Below are positions 21,392 through 31,525 of a stretch of 64,000 nt of DNA, one piece after another (the stretch's first letter is position 1; each line of letters opens with the position of its first letter). The notes beneath the pieces were generated by a model. The model was not told the origin of the DNA, made no database searches, and saw only the letters and a program-made list of their open reading frames with translations. This stretch comes from Flavobacteriales bacterium. GTDB lineage: Bacteria; Bacteroidota; Bacteroidia; Flavobacteriales; BACL11. The DNA is taken from contig CANNBA010000002.1 of NCBI GenBank assembly GCA_947502765.1, positions 15,672 to 79,671 of the forward strand, in the 5' to 3' direction. Both the position numbers and the translations under genes were made by a program.

Positions 21392-22738
21392 TTAAACTAT
21401 AGTATTTACATCAAATTTTTCGAGATAGTCTGCAACTCTTCTTACAAATTGGCCCCCAAGTGCTCCATCAACAACTCTGTGATCGTAAGATAAAGACAAG
21501 AACATCATGTGACGAATAGCAATTACATCACCATGTTCAGTTTCTAACACAACTGGTTTCTTTTTGATTACACCACAAGCTAAAATTGCTACTTGAGGTT
21601 GGTTTATAATCGGAGTGCCCATAAGATTGCCAAAAGTACCCACATTAGTCATGGTAATTGTTCCTCCTTGTATATCATCTGGTTTTAATTGACCTGCTCT
21701 AGCTCTTGTTGCTAAATCATTTACCGATTTAGTAATCCCAATTAAATTTTTATTTTGACATTCTTTAATTACAGGAACAATTAAATTTCCGTCAGGTAAG
21801 GCAGCAGCCATACCTATATTTACATTTTTATGAATGTGAATGTTTGTTCCATCTACAGAAACATTAACCATAGGGAAATCTTTAACAGCTTTTGCCATGG
21901 CCTCAATAATAATAGGAGTAAAGGTTATATTTTGACCTTCTCTTCTTTTGAAATCATCTTTTATAGAGTCTCTCCAATTTACCACATTTGTCATATCGGC
22001 CTCTACAAATGATGTAATGTGTGCAGAAGTTTGTTTTGACATAGTCATATGAGCAGAAATCAATTTTCTCATTCTGTCCATTTCAACAATTTCGGTGTCG
22101 CCAGTATTTGGAATATTTACTCTGTTCTGTGATGTCGTAGCAATTTGAGCCGCTTTTTGTTCAGTTTGTGTAGCTATTACTTCAGGTGCTATTTCAACAG
22201 TTATTTTAGGTGCTGATCCTCTATTTTGCAAATAAACAAGCATATCTGATTTAGTAACTCTATCATCTTTACCTGTTCCAGGGATAGTATCTAATTCAGC
22301 TATAGCAATTTTCTCTTGGGAGGCCATACTTCTTACTAGTGGAGAGTAGAATCTGTCTCCAGAATTACTAATAGTAGGTTTTGTAGTAGTTTCCACTGCT
22401 TTAGTTACAGTTTCTTCAACAGCTTTTGTTGCGACTGTTACAGGCAAACAATCTATATAAGTGACTTTAGTTATTGTAGGGGTTTCATTTCCACCAGCTT
22501 CAGTTTCTATTATGGCAAACGGTTCCCCAACTTTAACAACATCATCAGCTCCAAAAAGCATTTCAACTAATTTACCTTGATGAGTTGAAGGAACTTCAGA
22601 ATCTACTTTATCAGTAGCAATTTCTATGATTGTTTCATCAAGCTCCACCATATCTCCAATTTTCTTACTCCATGAGATTATAGTTGCTTCTGAAACACTT
22701 TCTCCCATTTTGGGCATTATAAGTTCAACTCTTGCCAT
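21392..22738 (-). CDS. 2-oxo-acid dehydrogenase E2 (dihydrolipoamide acyltransferase)
   Basis: Lipoyl domain IATDKVDSEV, subunit-binding domain SPLVR...GTG, catalytic SYDHRVVDG. Confidence 0.95.
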   Translation of the reverse strand: MARVELIMPKMGESVSEATIISWSKKIGDMVELDETIIEIATDKVDSEVPSTHQGKLVEMLFGADDVVKVGEPFAIIETEAGGNETPTITKVTYIDCLPVTVATKAVEETVTKAVETTTKPTISNSGDRFYSPLVRSMASQEKIAIAELDTIPGTGKDDRVTKSDMLVYLQNRGSAPKITVEIAPEVIATQTEQKAAQIATTSQNRVNIPNTGDTEIVEMDRMRKLISAHMTMSKQTSAHITSFVEADMTNVVNWRDSIKDDFKRREGQNITFTPIIIEAMAKAVKDFPMVNVSVDGTNIHIHKNVNIGMAAALPDGNLIVPVIKECQNKNLIGITKSVNDLATRARAGQLKPDDIQGGTITMTNVGTFGNLMGTPIINQPQVAILACGVIKKKPVVLETEHGDVIAIRHMMFLSLSYDHRVVDGALGGQFVRRVADYLEKFDVNTIV

Positions 22739-22828
22739 AGTTTTAAATTTTGGGCAAAATTAAGAAAAGAAAGTAAAATAGTTTCTTTTTAATGTTTACT
22801 TTTTATCAGTAGCATGTTACTATCTAAA

Positions 22829-23434
22829 TTACTCAGAATAAGGTATTCTGCTAGATATAGCAGTACCTAGAGTAATTTCATCAGTATATTCTAGTTCGTC
22901 ACCAATAGCAATTCCTCTGGCAATTGATGATATTTTGATGTTATAGTCTTTTAATCTTCTAAAAAGATAATAATTAGTGGTATCGCCCTCCATAGTTGTG
23001 CTTAATGCAAAAATAATTTCTGTTACCGCTTGATTTGTTATTCTGCTGATGAGTTCTTCTACTCTAATTTGACTAGGTCCAATACCATCTATAGGAGAAA
23101 TTAAGCCTCCAAGTATATGGTAAACCCCTTTGTATTGCATGGTATTTTCAATTGCCATCATTACACGGATATCTTCCACCACACAAATGATTGATGCATC
23201 TCTTTTAGGATTTGCACAAACCTCACAAAAATTAGAATCAGAAATACTATAACATCTTGTACAGTAATTAATTCTGTTGATTAACTGAATGAATGCATCT
23301 CCGAATTGCTCTACGGATAATTTATCTTGTTTTAACATATGTAAAACTAATCTTAAAGCAGATTTACGCCCAATTCCTGGAAGACTAGATAATTGCTCAA
23401 CAGCATTTTCAACAAGTTTAGATGGAAAATTCAT
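22829..23434 (-). CDS. recR: recombination mediator RecR
   Basis: LPGIGRKSA HhH, C4 zinc finger, Toprim (CVVED, EGDTT). Confidence 0.97.
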   Translation of the reverse strand: MNFPSKLVENAVEQLSSLPGIGRKSALRLVLHMLKQDKLSVEQFGDAFIQLINRINYCTRCYSISDSNFCEVCANPKRDASIICVVEDIRVMMAIENTMQYKGVYHILGGLISPIDGIGPSQIRVEELISRITNQAVTEIIFALSTTMEGDTTNYYLFRRLKDYNIKISSIARGIAIGDELEYTDEITLGTAISSRIPYSE

Positions 23435-23490
23435 GCTTGCAAAGTTAGTATTAATGGCTAAAAATTTTAGCTTTGTGAAAAAAAATTTCT

Positions 23491-24912
23491 ATGTCATCTA
23501 CTTTATTATTAAGCGTAATTTCATTATATTTTATACTTCTTTTCTTTATCTCTTATTTGACAGGAAAAGATGATAGTAATGATTCTTTTTTTCTAGGAAA
23601 TAGAAATTCTCCATGGTATGTTATAGCTTATGGAATGATAGGCGCTACTCTTTCTGGGGTTACTTTTATGTCAGTACCTGGAATGGTGGGTTCAAGTGAG
23701 TTTTCATACCTACAAATGGTATTTGGTTTTTTTGTTGGTTATTTTGTTATTTCTAGAGTTTTATTACCGCTGTATTACAATTTAGGATTAACATCTATTT
23801 ACACCTACTTAAAAGATAGATTGGGTTATAGTAGTTATAAAACGGGCTCAGCATTCTTTTTGCTTTCAAGAACTATCGGATCTGCATTCAGATTATATCT
23901 CATGGCTACAGTATTGCAGTTTGCGGTTTTTGATGCATGGAATATCCCTTTCTTTATTACGGTTATAATTACCATAGCACTTATTTGGTTATATACTCAC
24001 AGAAGCGGAATGAAGACAATTATCTGGACAGATACACTCCAAACTACATTTATGCTCGCAAGTGTTATTATCATAGCCTATATATTAATTGATAGGATGG
24101 GTTTTGATTTCTCTTCAGCATATAATTTAATTAAAGACTCTGATTATTCTAAAGTCTTTTTCTTTGAAGATTGGACTGATAAAAAATACTTCTTTAAACA
24201 GTTTTTTTCAGGAGTTTTTATGGCGATTGTAATGACGGGGCTTGATCAAGATCAGATGCAAAAAAATCTTAGCTGCCGAAATTTAAAAGATGCACAAAAG
24301 AATATGACGGTATTTAGTATAATCCTCATTTTCGTTGATTTACTTTTTCTTTCTTTTGGAGCGATTCTTTTTATTTACTCAGAATCAGTTGGTTTTAATA
24401 TTCCAAGCAATACAGATTTACTTTTTCCATATATTGTTTTTAAGTCTGAATTGCCAATTTATGTTGGTTTAGTTTTTATTATTGGCATAATTGCTGCTGC
24501 TTATTCTACTGCAGATTCAGCTCTTACATCACTTACAACATCTTTTTGTATTGATATTATTGAGATTGATAAGCAAGAACCTGAAAAGCAAGTCAAGACA
24601 AGAAAAAAAGTTCATGTATTATTTTCCTTTATAATATTAGTTGTAATTTTACTATTTGATGCTCTTAATAATGAAAGTGTTATAAAATCATTATTTACGG
24701 TAGCTGGCTATACTTATGGTCCGCTTCTTGGTATGTTTTCATTTGGACTTTTTACTAAACATAAAGTTAAAGACAAGTTTGTTCCCTTTGTTGCAATTTC
24801 CTCACCCGTTATCTGCTATATTTTAAGTTTATATATTCCTTTTGGATTTGAACTACTTATTCTAAATGGATTTATTACTTTTATAGGGTTATTATTACTT
24901 AGAGTAAAGTAA
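23491..24912 (+). CDS. sodium:solute symporter-family transporter
   Basis: FFLGNRNSPW, SGVTFMSVPG, IIWTDTLQT, GLDQDQMQK; many TM segments. Confidence 0.92.
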   Translation: MSSTLLLSVISLYFILLFFISYLTGKDDSNDSFFLGNRNSPWYVIAYGMIGATLSGVTFMSVPGMVGSSEFSYLQMVFGFFVGYFVISRVLLPLYYNLGLTSIYTYLKDRLGYSSYKTGSAFFLLSRTIGSAFRLYLMATVLQFAVFDAWNIPFFITVIITIALIWLYTHRSGMKTIIWTDTLQTTFMLASVIIIAYILIDRMGFDFSSAYNLIKDSDYSKVFFFEDWTDKKYFFKQFFSGVFMAIVMTGLDQDQMQKNLSCRNLKDAQKNMTVFSIILIFVDLLFLSFGAILFIYSESVGFNIPSNTDLLFPYIVFKSELPIYVGLVFIIGIIAAAYSTADSALTSLTTSFCIDIIEIDKQEPEKQVKTRKKVHVLFSFIILVVILLFDALNNESVIKSLFTVAGYTYGPLLGMFSFGLFTKHKVKDKFVPFVAISSPVICYILSLYIPFGFELLILNGFITFIGLLLLRVK

Positions 24913-24918
24913 TTTTTA

Positions 24919-25923
24919 ATGAAGTTACAAGCAAGAATAGAAGCCTTTACTCAGCTAGGTCATTATCTTAAAAATGATATATTCCAAGAGAAAGCAGCAG
25001 AGTTACATTTAGCAGAAGTACTAAACCCTTGGTTTACCAAAGAAAACATTGAAAATGCCATAAATGCTTGGCAGGAACAATTAAAAGAAGATATGCTTAC
25101 TGCCTGGCTAAATCCTTATAAATTAAAGGAATTAGCAAGTCCAAAAAAGGTTCTTGTAATTATGGCGGGTAATATTCCTTTAGTTGGTTTTCATGATTTT
25201 CTTAGTGTTCTTCTTTCAGGTCATAAAGTAGTTGTTAAAATGTCAAGTACCGATAATGTGCTCTTAAAAGTAATGATTGAAAAACTACTAAGTATCGCTC
25301 CTGAATTTAAACAAAGCATCTCTTTTATTGATGACGTGAAAAATAAAGATTTTGATGGGGTAATTGCTACAGGAAGTGATAATTCGGCCCAGTTTTTTGA
25401 GTATTATTTTAAAGGTGCTCAAAAGATAATTCGTAAAAACAGAAGATCAGTTGCTGTCCTTGATGGCACTGAGACCGATATAGAGTTAAAAGGACTTGCT
25501 AATGATGTATTTTCCTATTTTGGTTTGGGTTGTAGAAATGTCTCCAAACTCTTTTTGCCAACTGGATATGACTTAAATAAACTATTTGAGGTATTTTATC
25601 CTTTTCATAATATTGTGGAACATAAAAAGTATGGAAATAATTACGATTATAACAAAGCAATTTTTTTAATGGGCAGTAATAAATTGATTGAAAATGGATT
25701 TTTACTTATGAAAGAGGATAAGTCATTGCTTTCTCCTGTTGCAATGTTGTATTACCAGTATTATGATGATAGGCACATTGTGGATCACTTTATTGAAGAA
25801 AATAGGCATAGTTTACAGTGTATAGTTTCAAAACAAGAGGTTCCTTTTGGTACTAGCCAAAAACCCAACCTTTGGGATTATGCGGATGGGGTAGATACCA
25901 TAGAGTTCTTAAGGTCGCTATAA
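24919..25923 (+). CDS. LuxC-like acyl-CoA reductase
   Basis: MAGNIPLVGFHD, IATGSDNS, YFGLGCRNVSK, YADGVDT. Confidence 0.85.
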   Translation: MKLQARIEAFTQLGHYLKNDIFQEKAAELHLAEVLNPWFTKENIENAINAWQEQLKEDMLTAWLNPYKLKELASPKKVLVIMAGNIPLVGFHDFLSVLLSGHKVVVKMSSTDNVLLKVMIEKLLSIAPEFKQSISFIDDVKNKDFDGVIATGSDNSAQFFEYYFKGAQKIIRKNRRSVAVLDGTETDIELKGLANDVFSYFGLGCRNVSKLFLPTGYDLNKLFEVFYPFHNIVEHKKYGNNYDYNKAIFLMGSNKLIENGFLLMKEDKSLLSPVAMLYYQYYDDRHIVDHFIEENRHSLQCIVSKQEVPFGTSQKPNLWDYADGVDTIEFLRSL

Positions 25924-27369
25924 TTCATCCACAAACTCATAAGCTCCTATATCTGGATTATTTCTAGTATTACCTTCAATGTCATTAAAATTACCCATAC
26001 TGTTCCCGGCATCAATGGCTGGAGAATTTTCCTTTAGATGAAAATCACCTTCATACCCATCTTTAAAGTTTACTGCTTGATTTAAGATTACATTCTGATA
26101 ATGCGAATTATCGGTGTTAATTGAAGGATCTAGTTTTATAAGGCAATGGTCAAAAGTATAGTTGAATAGACCTTCTTGTTCTTGAAAACTCACTTCAGTA
26201 GATAATGACCCCTCAATAATACAATTGATAAAATCAGCTGCTTTTAAGTCTCTATGATAAATAATTCCGTCACTTCCTTCATAATAGTTATTCAGTAGGA
26301 TAGAGGGGGTATTTCTATTGTTATAATTCCAGTAGTTAGCAAAAGTACAATGGGTAAAATTATAAGTTCCGCCAATATTACAAGCCACTGCATATTGCCC
26401 ACATCTACTTATTACAGTATTTTTTGCACTAATGTTAGCTCCTTGTCCTAAAATACCAATTCCCGACATGTTTTTAATAATAGTATTATTGATTGTTAGG
26501 GTAGGGTTGTTATTGAATACAGTATCGGCATGAATGCCAATATTTCCATTTTTTATAATGGCATAATTTATTTCATTATTGATACTTCCTGGCATTAGCC
26601 AAATTCTATCCCATTGACCAGGGATGTCTTTGTACCAAGAGTCTAATCGATCGCCTTGAAAAGTAACTTCATTATCAAGTATGCCATTTACTATTATTGT
26701 TCCTCCTGGGACTTCAGTAAATGGATTTCCAACTAATATACCTGAGTTTTTATGAAGATAAATGTTACAACCTTCATTTATTGTAAGTGTATTTCCTGGG
26801 TTAACTACAGCATAACCGTAAATAACGTGAGGCTTGTCGTTTTCCCAAGGGATAGAGCAGTCTAACAAGTGATAGTAGAAACGCGTAGTATCTGTTCCAT
26901 TTATAATTAACCCAAAAGTATCTGCAGTATGAAAATGAGCGTCTTGTCCATAGGCTACCAAATCAACATCTTGTTTAGTTGTTCCGGTAGTAAATACTAG
27001 CGAGTCTTTTAAGATATAAGGGGTGTTATTGCTAGAAGGGTCAATAGTAACTTCAAGAAAAATAAAAATACTATCCTTTGCAGGAATCTCAATATTACTT
27101 TGGTTATTTCCTGCTATACCATCAATATTCATACGAAAATGAGCCGCTGAATTTCCTCTTAATTCAATGTTGGTTCTTACATCAAAGTCATTGTGATTGT
27201 AAACTGTAAGAGTTTTGGTTATTGAGCCAATAGAGGCAAATACTGTATCAAAAGTAATTGTGTCGTTAGAAAAGTGTAAAATAGCGTTAGAATTATTATT
27301 GCTAAAATCTTCTTTCTTGCAAGCAAAAAGTATGGTTATAAGTAGCACAGGCAGGAAGTATTGTTTCAT
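25918..27369 (-). CDS. surface lipoprotein with Ig-like and right-handed beta-helix regions (hypothetical)
   Basis: Lipobox LFAC followed by KKED; DTITFDTVF; IKN/NCII beta-helix repeats; C-terminal SPAIDAG...PDIGAYE. Confidence 0.7.
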   Translation of the reverse strand: MKQYFLPVLLITILFACKKEDFSNNNSNAILHFSNDTITFDTVFASIGSITKTLTVYNHNDFDVRTNIELRGNSAAHFRMNIDGIAGNNQSNIEIPAKDSIFIFLEVTIDPSSNNTPYILKDSLVFTTGTTKQDVDLVAYGQDAHFHTADTFGLIINGTDTTRFYYHLLDCSIPWENDKPHVIYGYAVVNPGNTLTINEGCNIYLHKNSGILVGNPFTEVPGGTIIVNGILDNEVTFQGDRLDSWYKDIPGQWDRIWLMPGSINNEINYAIIKNGNIGIHADTVFNNNPTLTINNTIIKNMSGIGILGQGANISAKNTVISRCGQYAVACNIGGTYNFTHCTFANYWNYNNRNTPSILLNNYYEGSDGIIYHRDLKAADFINCIIEGSLSTEVSFQEQEGLFNYTFDHCLIKLDPSINTDNSHYQNVILNQAVNFKDGYEGDFHLKENSPAIDAGNSMGNFNDIEGNTRNNPDIGAYEFVDEL

Positions 27370-27821
27370 TTTCTGCTATTTGTTATTCGATCCATATCTC
27401 TTTTTTGGTCGTTTTCTTTAATACTTTCTCTTTTATCGTAAATCTTTTTTCCTCTTGCTAGGGCGATTTCTAATTTTGCTTTGCCTGATTCATTGATAAA
27501 CAATCTAATAGGAATAACAGCATTTCCTTTTTCTTTTACTTTTCCCAACATCTTATGAAGTTCCTGTTTATTTAGCAGTAGTTTTCTGTCTCTTTTGGGT
27601 TCATGATTGGCATAGCCTCCATTTGGATACTCAGCAATATGTAAGTTCTTTACATATAGCTCTTCATCCATAAAAACGCAATAGGCATCCGAAATATTGG
27701 CTTGATTGTTCCGAATTGACTTAATTTCTGTTCCTACTAGAGAAATTCCTGCAACAAATGTAGCTATGAATTGGTATTCAAAGCTTGCTTTTCGATTCTT
27801 TATGTTGATGTTGGATGACAT
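27366..27821 (-). CDS. smpB: SsrA-binding protein (start moved to 27821)
   Basis: NRKASFEY, GTEIKSIR, RKLLL, GKKIYDKRE. The TACATTTG promoter at 27826-27833 lies inside the longer ORF call, which supports the MSSNINIK start. Confidence 0.96.
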   Translation of the reverse strand: MSSNINIKNRKASFEYQFIATFVAGISLVGTEIKSIRNNQANISDAYCVFMDEELYVKNLHIAEYPNGGYANHEPKRDRKLLLNKQELHKMLGKVKEKGNAVIPIRLFINESGKAKLEIALARGKKIYDKRESIKENDQKRDMDRITNSRK

Positions 27822-27877
27822 TTGGCAAATGTAATAATTAAACAATTGCTAAATTGATCGATTGTTTAGTATTATCT

Positions 27878-28744
27878 CTAACCTAAAGCAACATCTAAAC
27901 ACATCATTACAATAAATCCGGCTATTAATCCCATTGTAGCAAGATCAGTATTGCCTCCTCTTTGGCTTTCAGGTATAACTTCTTCTACTACAATAAAAAT
28001 CATAGCGCCTGCTGCAAAGGCAAGTGCATAGGGCAGGATAGGTAATACTTGCATTACAATAGCTGCGCCAATTACTGCAAATATAGGCTCTACAATTGCT
28101 GAGAGTTGACCCCATTTCCATGATTTCCATTTACTTACACCCATTCTTCTTAAAGGCATTGAAACTGCAAATCCTTCAGGAAAATTTTGTATTCCAATTC
28201 CTATTGCTAGTGCTATTGCACCACCTATGGTAAATACTGAATGACCATCCATTCCTAATAGTTCGGGATTTGCAAGAGCTCCAAATGCAACTCCAACAGC
28301 TAAGCCTTCAGGTATATTATGTAAAGCAATTGCTAATACTAATAATATCGTTTTTTTCCAGTTGGTTTCTATACCTTCAGCTTCTTCTTGTTTTGCAAAT
28401 AGGTGTAAGTGGGGAATAATTTTATCTAGTGTGTATAGAAACAAAGCGCCTAAGAAAAAACCAATTGCTGGTGGTAGCCATATTGGCATGGTGCTTAATC
28501 CCATTTCATTTTGCAATTCAACATAAGAAATTGAAGGAGAAAGTAGAGACCAGAAACTTGCAGCAATCATTACCCCTCCAGTAAATCCAAGTGCAGTATC
28601 TAGAACTTTTCGATTTGATGAGTTAAATAAAAATACTAGGGCTGCACCTAGTGCAGTTAATGCCCAAGTAAAAAGCCCTGCATAAAGTGCTTGCATTACA
28701 GGAGTTTGTATTATAAACCATTGGTATAATGGGTAATTTTCCAT
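27878..28744 (-). CDS. ZIP-family (GufA/ZupT) metal transporter
   Basis: GVMIAASFWSLL, PHLH, LHNIPEGLAVG, QNFPEG, EEVIPE. Confidence 0.93.
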   Translation of the reverse strand: MENYPLYQWFIIQTPVMQALYAGLFTWALTALGAALVFLFNSSNRKVLDTALGFTGGVMIAASFWSLLSPSISYVELQNEMGLSTMPIWLPPAIGFFLGALFLYTLDKIIPHLHLFAKQEEAEGIETNWKKTILLVLAIALHNIPEGLAVGVAFGALANPELLGMDGHSVFTIGGAIALAIGIGIQNFPEGFAVSMPLRRMGVSKWKSWKWGQLSAIVEPIFAVIGAAIVMQVLPILPYALAFAAGAMIFIVVEEVIPESQRGGNTDLATMGLIAGFIVMMCLDVALG

Positions 28745-29012
28745 TTTTTGTATTTTAATAAGCTTTTTAGCTGCTTAATTTTATTTGCGCTAAATTAATC
28801 ATTCAATATAAAGCGACAATTAAATTGACATCAATATTTAATGATCTACTCAAATTTAAAAATAATACAGTAAACTAAAAAATGGAAAGAGGTTGCTTAC
28901 GGTATTAAATTTGTGTAATGAAGTGCGATTTATCTTGGTACTAAAGTCAATATAAAAATAGTAGTATAAATACTTTTGCAAGGTTTCTCATTTTCAATTA
29001 TATTGCGTTATA

Positions 29013-29028
29013 GTTTACTTATGTAAAC
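29013..29028. promoter_or_regulatory. palindrome GTTTAC-N4-GTAAAC, candidate operator
   Basis: Perfect 6-bp arms; a second TTAC-N4-GTAA copy at 29207-29218. Confidence 0.45.
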
Positions 29029-29194
29029 AAATAATATGGCATTTCTTCATCTATTATAGCTGCTTTTATTTAAAGTTTAAAAATTATAATATAAATATAT
29101 TTAAATCAACATATTATATTATTTATATATAGTAATAGTTTAATATTATTTGAAAGAAATAATAAAAAAAAGACAAAAAAACAAAACTATTTTA

Positions 29195-29218
29195 TAAATT
29201 TGTAATTTACAAATGTAA
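29195..29218 (+). promoter_or_regulatory. -7 element TAAATTTG plus TTAC-N4-GTAA palindrome over the predicted TSS of the XRE gene
   Basis: TAAATTTG at 29195-29202; TTACAAATGTAA at 29207-29218. Confidence 0.5.
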
Positions 29219-29229
29219 TTTATTAAAAA

Positions 29230-29538
29230 ATGCATAAAAGACTTAAAAATTGGATGGAATCAGAAGGATTAAAAGCCTCAGAATTTGCTGATACTATTGG
29301 TGTTAATCGTGCTACTATTTCGCACATACTTTCTGGTCGAAATAAGCCAAGTATTGACTTTTTTGAAAAATTATTACAGGCCTATCCTAATTTAAATGCT
29401 AACTGGCTGATTACAGGAATTGGTTACATGACAGCTCAAATAGAAATACAAGAAGTGCGAATTTCAAAAAAAATTGGAAAAGTAGTAGTGTTTTATGATG
29501 ACCAATCCTTTGAGGAAGTAAGTAAAGATAATCACTAG
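29230..29538 (+). CDS. XRE-family HTH transcriptional regulator
   Basis: ASEFADTIGVNRATISHILSGRNKPS...NWLITGIG; C-terminal KVVVFYDDQSFE typical of this Bacteroidota family. Confidence 0.9.
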   Translation: MHKRLKNWMESEGLKASEFADTIGVNRATISHILSGRNKPSIDFFEKLLQAYPNLNANWLITGIGYMTAQIEIQEVRISKKIGKVVVFYDDQSFEEVSKDNH

Positions 29539-29616
29539 TAGAAAGTAATTAGACAGATAGTAAGTCCCGTATAATTATTTTTCACTAAAAAACCTAACTT
29601 TGCATAAAAATTATTC

Positions 29617-30645
29617 ATGTACAAAATAGTTCGGTTCATCTTATTTTTTTTCAATCCTGAGTTTATTCACAATATACTTTTTAAGTTAATTAAATTTACA
29701 GCAATGATTCCAGGTATCAACTGGACTTGGATACTGCTATTTAAGGTTCAAGATACTAGATTAGAAAGAGAGGTTTTTGGCTTGAAGTTTGAAAACCCAG
29801 TTGGATTAGCAGCAGGTTTTGATAAAGATGCCAAACTCTTTGATGAATTAGGTGCTTTTGGATTTGGTTTTGTGGAAATCGGAACAGTAACTCCACTTCC
29901 ACAGGAAGGAAACCCTAAGCCTAGATTATTTAGGTTAAAACAAGACAAGGCACTGATTAATCGAATGGGCTTTAATAATAGCGGGATAGAGGCGATTAGC
30001 TCTAGATTAAGAAGAAAGAAAACTAAGCTCATTATTGGAGGTAATATTGGAAAAAATAAGTTAACTCCTAATGAAGATGCGGTAAGTGATTATGAAATCT
30101 GCTTTGAAAAATTATTTCCTTATGTTGATTATTTTGCTGTGAATGTAAGTTCTCCAAATACTCCTGGTTTGCGCGATTTGCAGCAGAAAGCACCCCTCAC
30201 AGCATTGCTTAATCGTTTGCAGGAATTAAACAGTGCAAATGATAAAAGAAAGCCTATTTTATTAAAGATTGCTCCAGATTTAACAAATGCGCAATTGGAT
30301 GATATTATAACAATTGTTGCTGACACTAAAATTGATGGAGTAATAGCAACTAATACTACAATTGATAGAAATGGGCTTAAAACCGATAAAAACAAACTTA
30401 AAGCTATAGGAGATGGGGGTTTGAGCGGTAATCCTGTAAAGTCTCGATCAACAGAGGTGATAAAGTACCTTGCTGATACATCCAATAAAGCATTTCCAAT
30501 TATTGGAGTTGGTGGTATTCACTCCACTGAGGATGCTTTAGAAAAACTGGATGCGGGAGCTACTTTAGTTCAGTTATATACTGGCTTTATTTATGAAGGC
30601 CCCGCATTGATAAAAAGAATCAATAAAGCCATTCTGCAAAGATGA
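29617..30645 (+). CDS. pyrD: quinone-dependent dihydroorotate dehydrogenase
   Basis: [36 protein letters not shown]; TAACTTTG promoter at 29595-29602. Confidence 0.97.
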   Translation: MYKIVRFILFFFNPEFIHNILFKLIKFTAMIPGINWTWILLFKVQDTRLEREVFGLKFENPVGLAAGFDKDAKLFDELGAFGFGFVEIGTVTPLPQEGNPKPRLFRLKQDKALINRMGFNNSGIEAISSRLRRKKTKLIIGGNIGKNKLTPNEDAVSDYEICFEKLFPYVDYFAVNVSSPNTPGLRDLQQKAPLTALLNRLQELNSANDKRKPILLKIAPDLTNAQLDDIITIVADTKIDGVIATNTTIDRNGLKTDKNKLKAIGDGGLSGNPVKSRSTEVIKYLADTSNKAFPIIGVGGIHSTEDALEKLDAGATLVQLYTGFIYEGPALIKRINKAILQR

Positions 30646-31484
30646 AAATAATAGAATGCCCTAGAGATGCCATGCAAGGAATTAGCGAATTTGTTCCTAC
30701 TTCTAAAAAAATTGCATACATCAATCAACTGCTAAAAGTAGGTTTTGACACCATAGATTTTGGAAGTTTTGTTTCTCCTAAAGCTATTCCTCAATTAAAA
30801 GATAGTGCTGCAGTTTTAAAAGGTTTAGATTTAAGTGGCACATCTAGTAAATTGTTAGCAATTATTGCAAATACAAGGGGAGCTACTGATGCTTGTAATT
30901 TTCAGGAAATAAATTATTTAGGTTTTCCACTTTCAGTTTCTGAGGAGTTTCAAAAAAGAAACACCAATAAAACTATTGATCAGGCGCTTAAGACTGTTGA
31001 AGAAATTCAGAACTTATCAGTAAAGAATAAAAAACAATTAGTAGTGTATTTATCCATGGCTTTTGGCAATCCTTATGGCGAAAATTACCATACTGATATA
31101 GTAGCAAAATTAACAGAACAACTAGCTAATATGGAAGTAGGAACAGTTGCCCTATCAGATACTATTGGGGTTTCTAATCCTGAAAATATTGCGCCTCTTT
31201 TTAGTACTTTAATAAGGCAATATCCTACTATTGAATTTGGGGCCCATTTTCATACTACCGAAGATAAATGGAGAGAAAAAGTAGAGGCGGCCTACCAAAA
31301 TGGATGTAGAAGATTTGATGCCGCTCTAAAAGGATATGGTGGCTGCCCAATGGCTAAAGATGAATTGGTAGGGAATATGCCCACTGAAAAACTAATTACT
31401 TATTTTAAAGAAGATCTAGGGCTTAATTTAGATGAACTGGATAAAAGTTTGGAGATTTCAGACGCTATTTTCAATAATAGTTAA
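30642..31484 (+). CDS. hydroxymethylglutaryl-CoA lyase
   Basis: [33 protein letters not shown]; ATGA overlap with pyrD. Confidence 0.92.
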   Translation: MKIIECPRDAMQGISEFVPTSKKIAYINQLLKVGFDTIDFGSFVSPKAIPQLKDSAAVLKGLDLSGTSSKLLAIIANTRGATDACNFQEINYLGFPLSVSEEFQKRNTNKTIDQALKTVEEIQNLSVKNKKQLVVYLSMAFGNPYGENYHTDIVAKLTEQLANMEVGTVALSDTIGVSNPENIAPLFSTLIRQYPTIEFGAHFHTTEDKWREKVEAAYQNGCRRFDAALKGYGGCPMAKDELVGNMPTEKLITYFKEDLGLNLDELDKSLEISDAIFNNS

Positions 31485-31525
31485 TCTCAAGCGTTGTTAT
31501 TGATGTTTTTAAGTTTAAAAATTTT

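Noticed and set aside
22391-22438. Degenerate 24-bp duplication (TKAVEETV/TKAVET) in the E2 gene
   Set aside because: Ordinary low-complexity flexible linker.
24919-25923. LuxC-like gene as a bioluminescence system
   Set aside because: No luxAB/D/E nearby; stand-alone LuxC-like reductases are common in Bacteroidota.
28745-29229. AT-rich divergent gap as oriC
   Set aside because: No TTATCCACA-like box cluster or parS seen, and a dif site lies only about 31 kb away.
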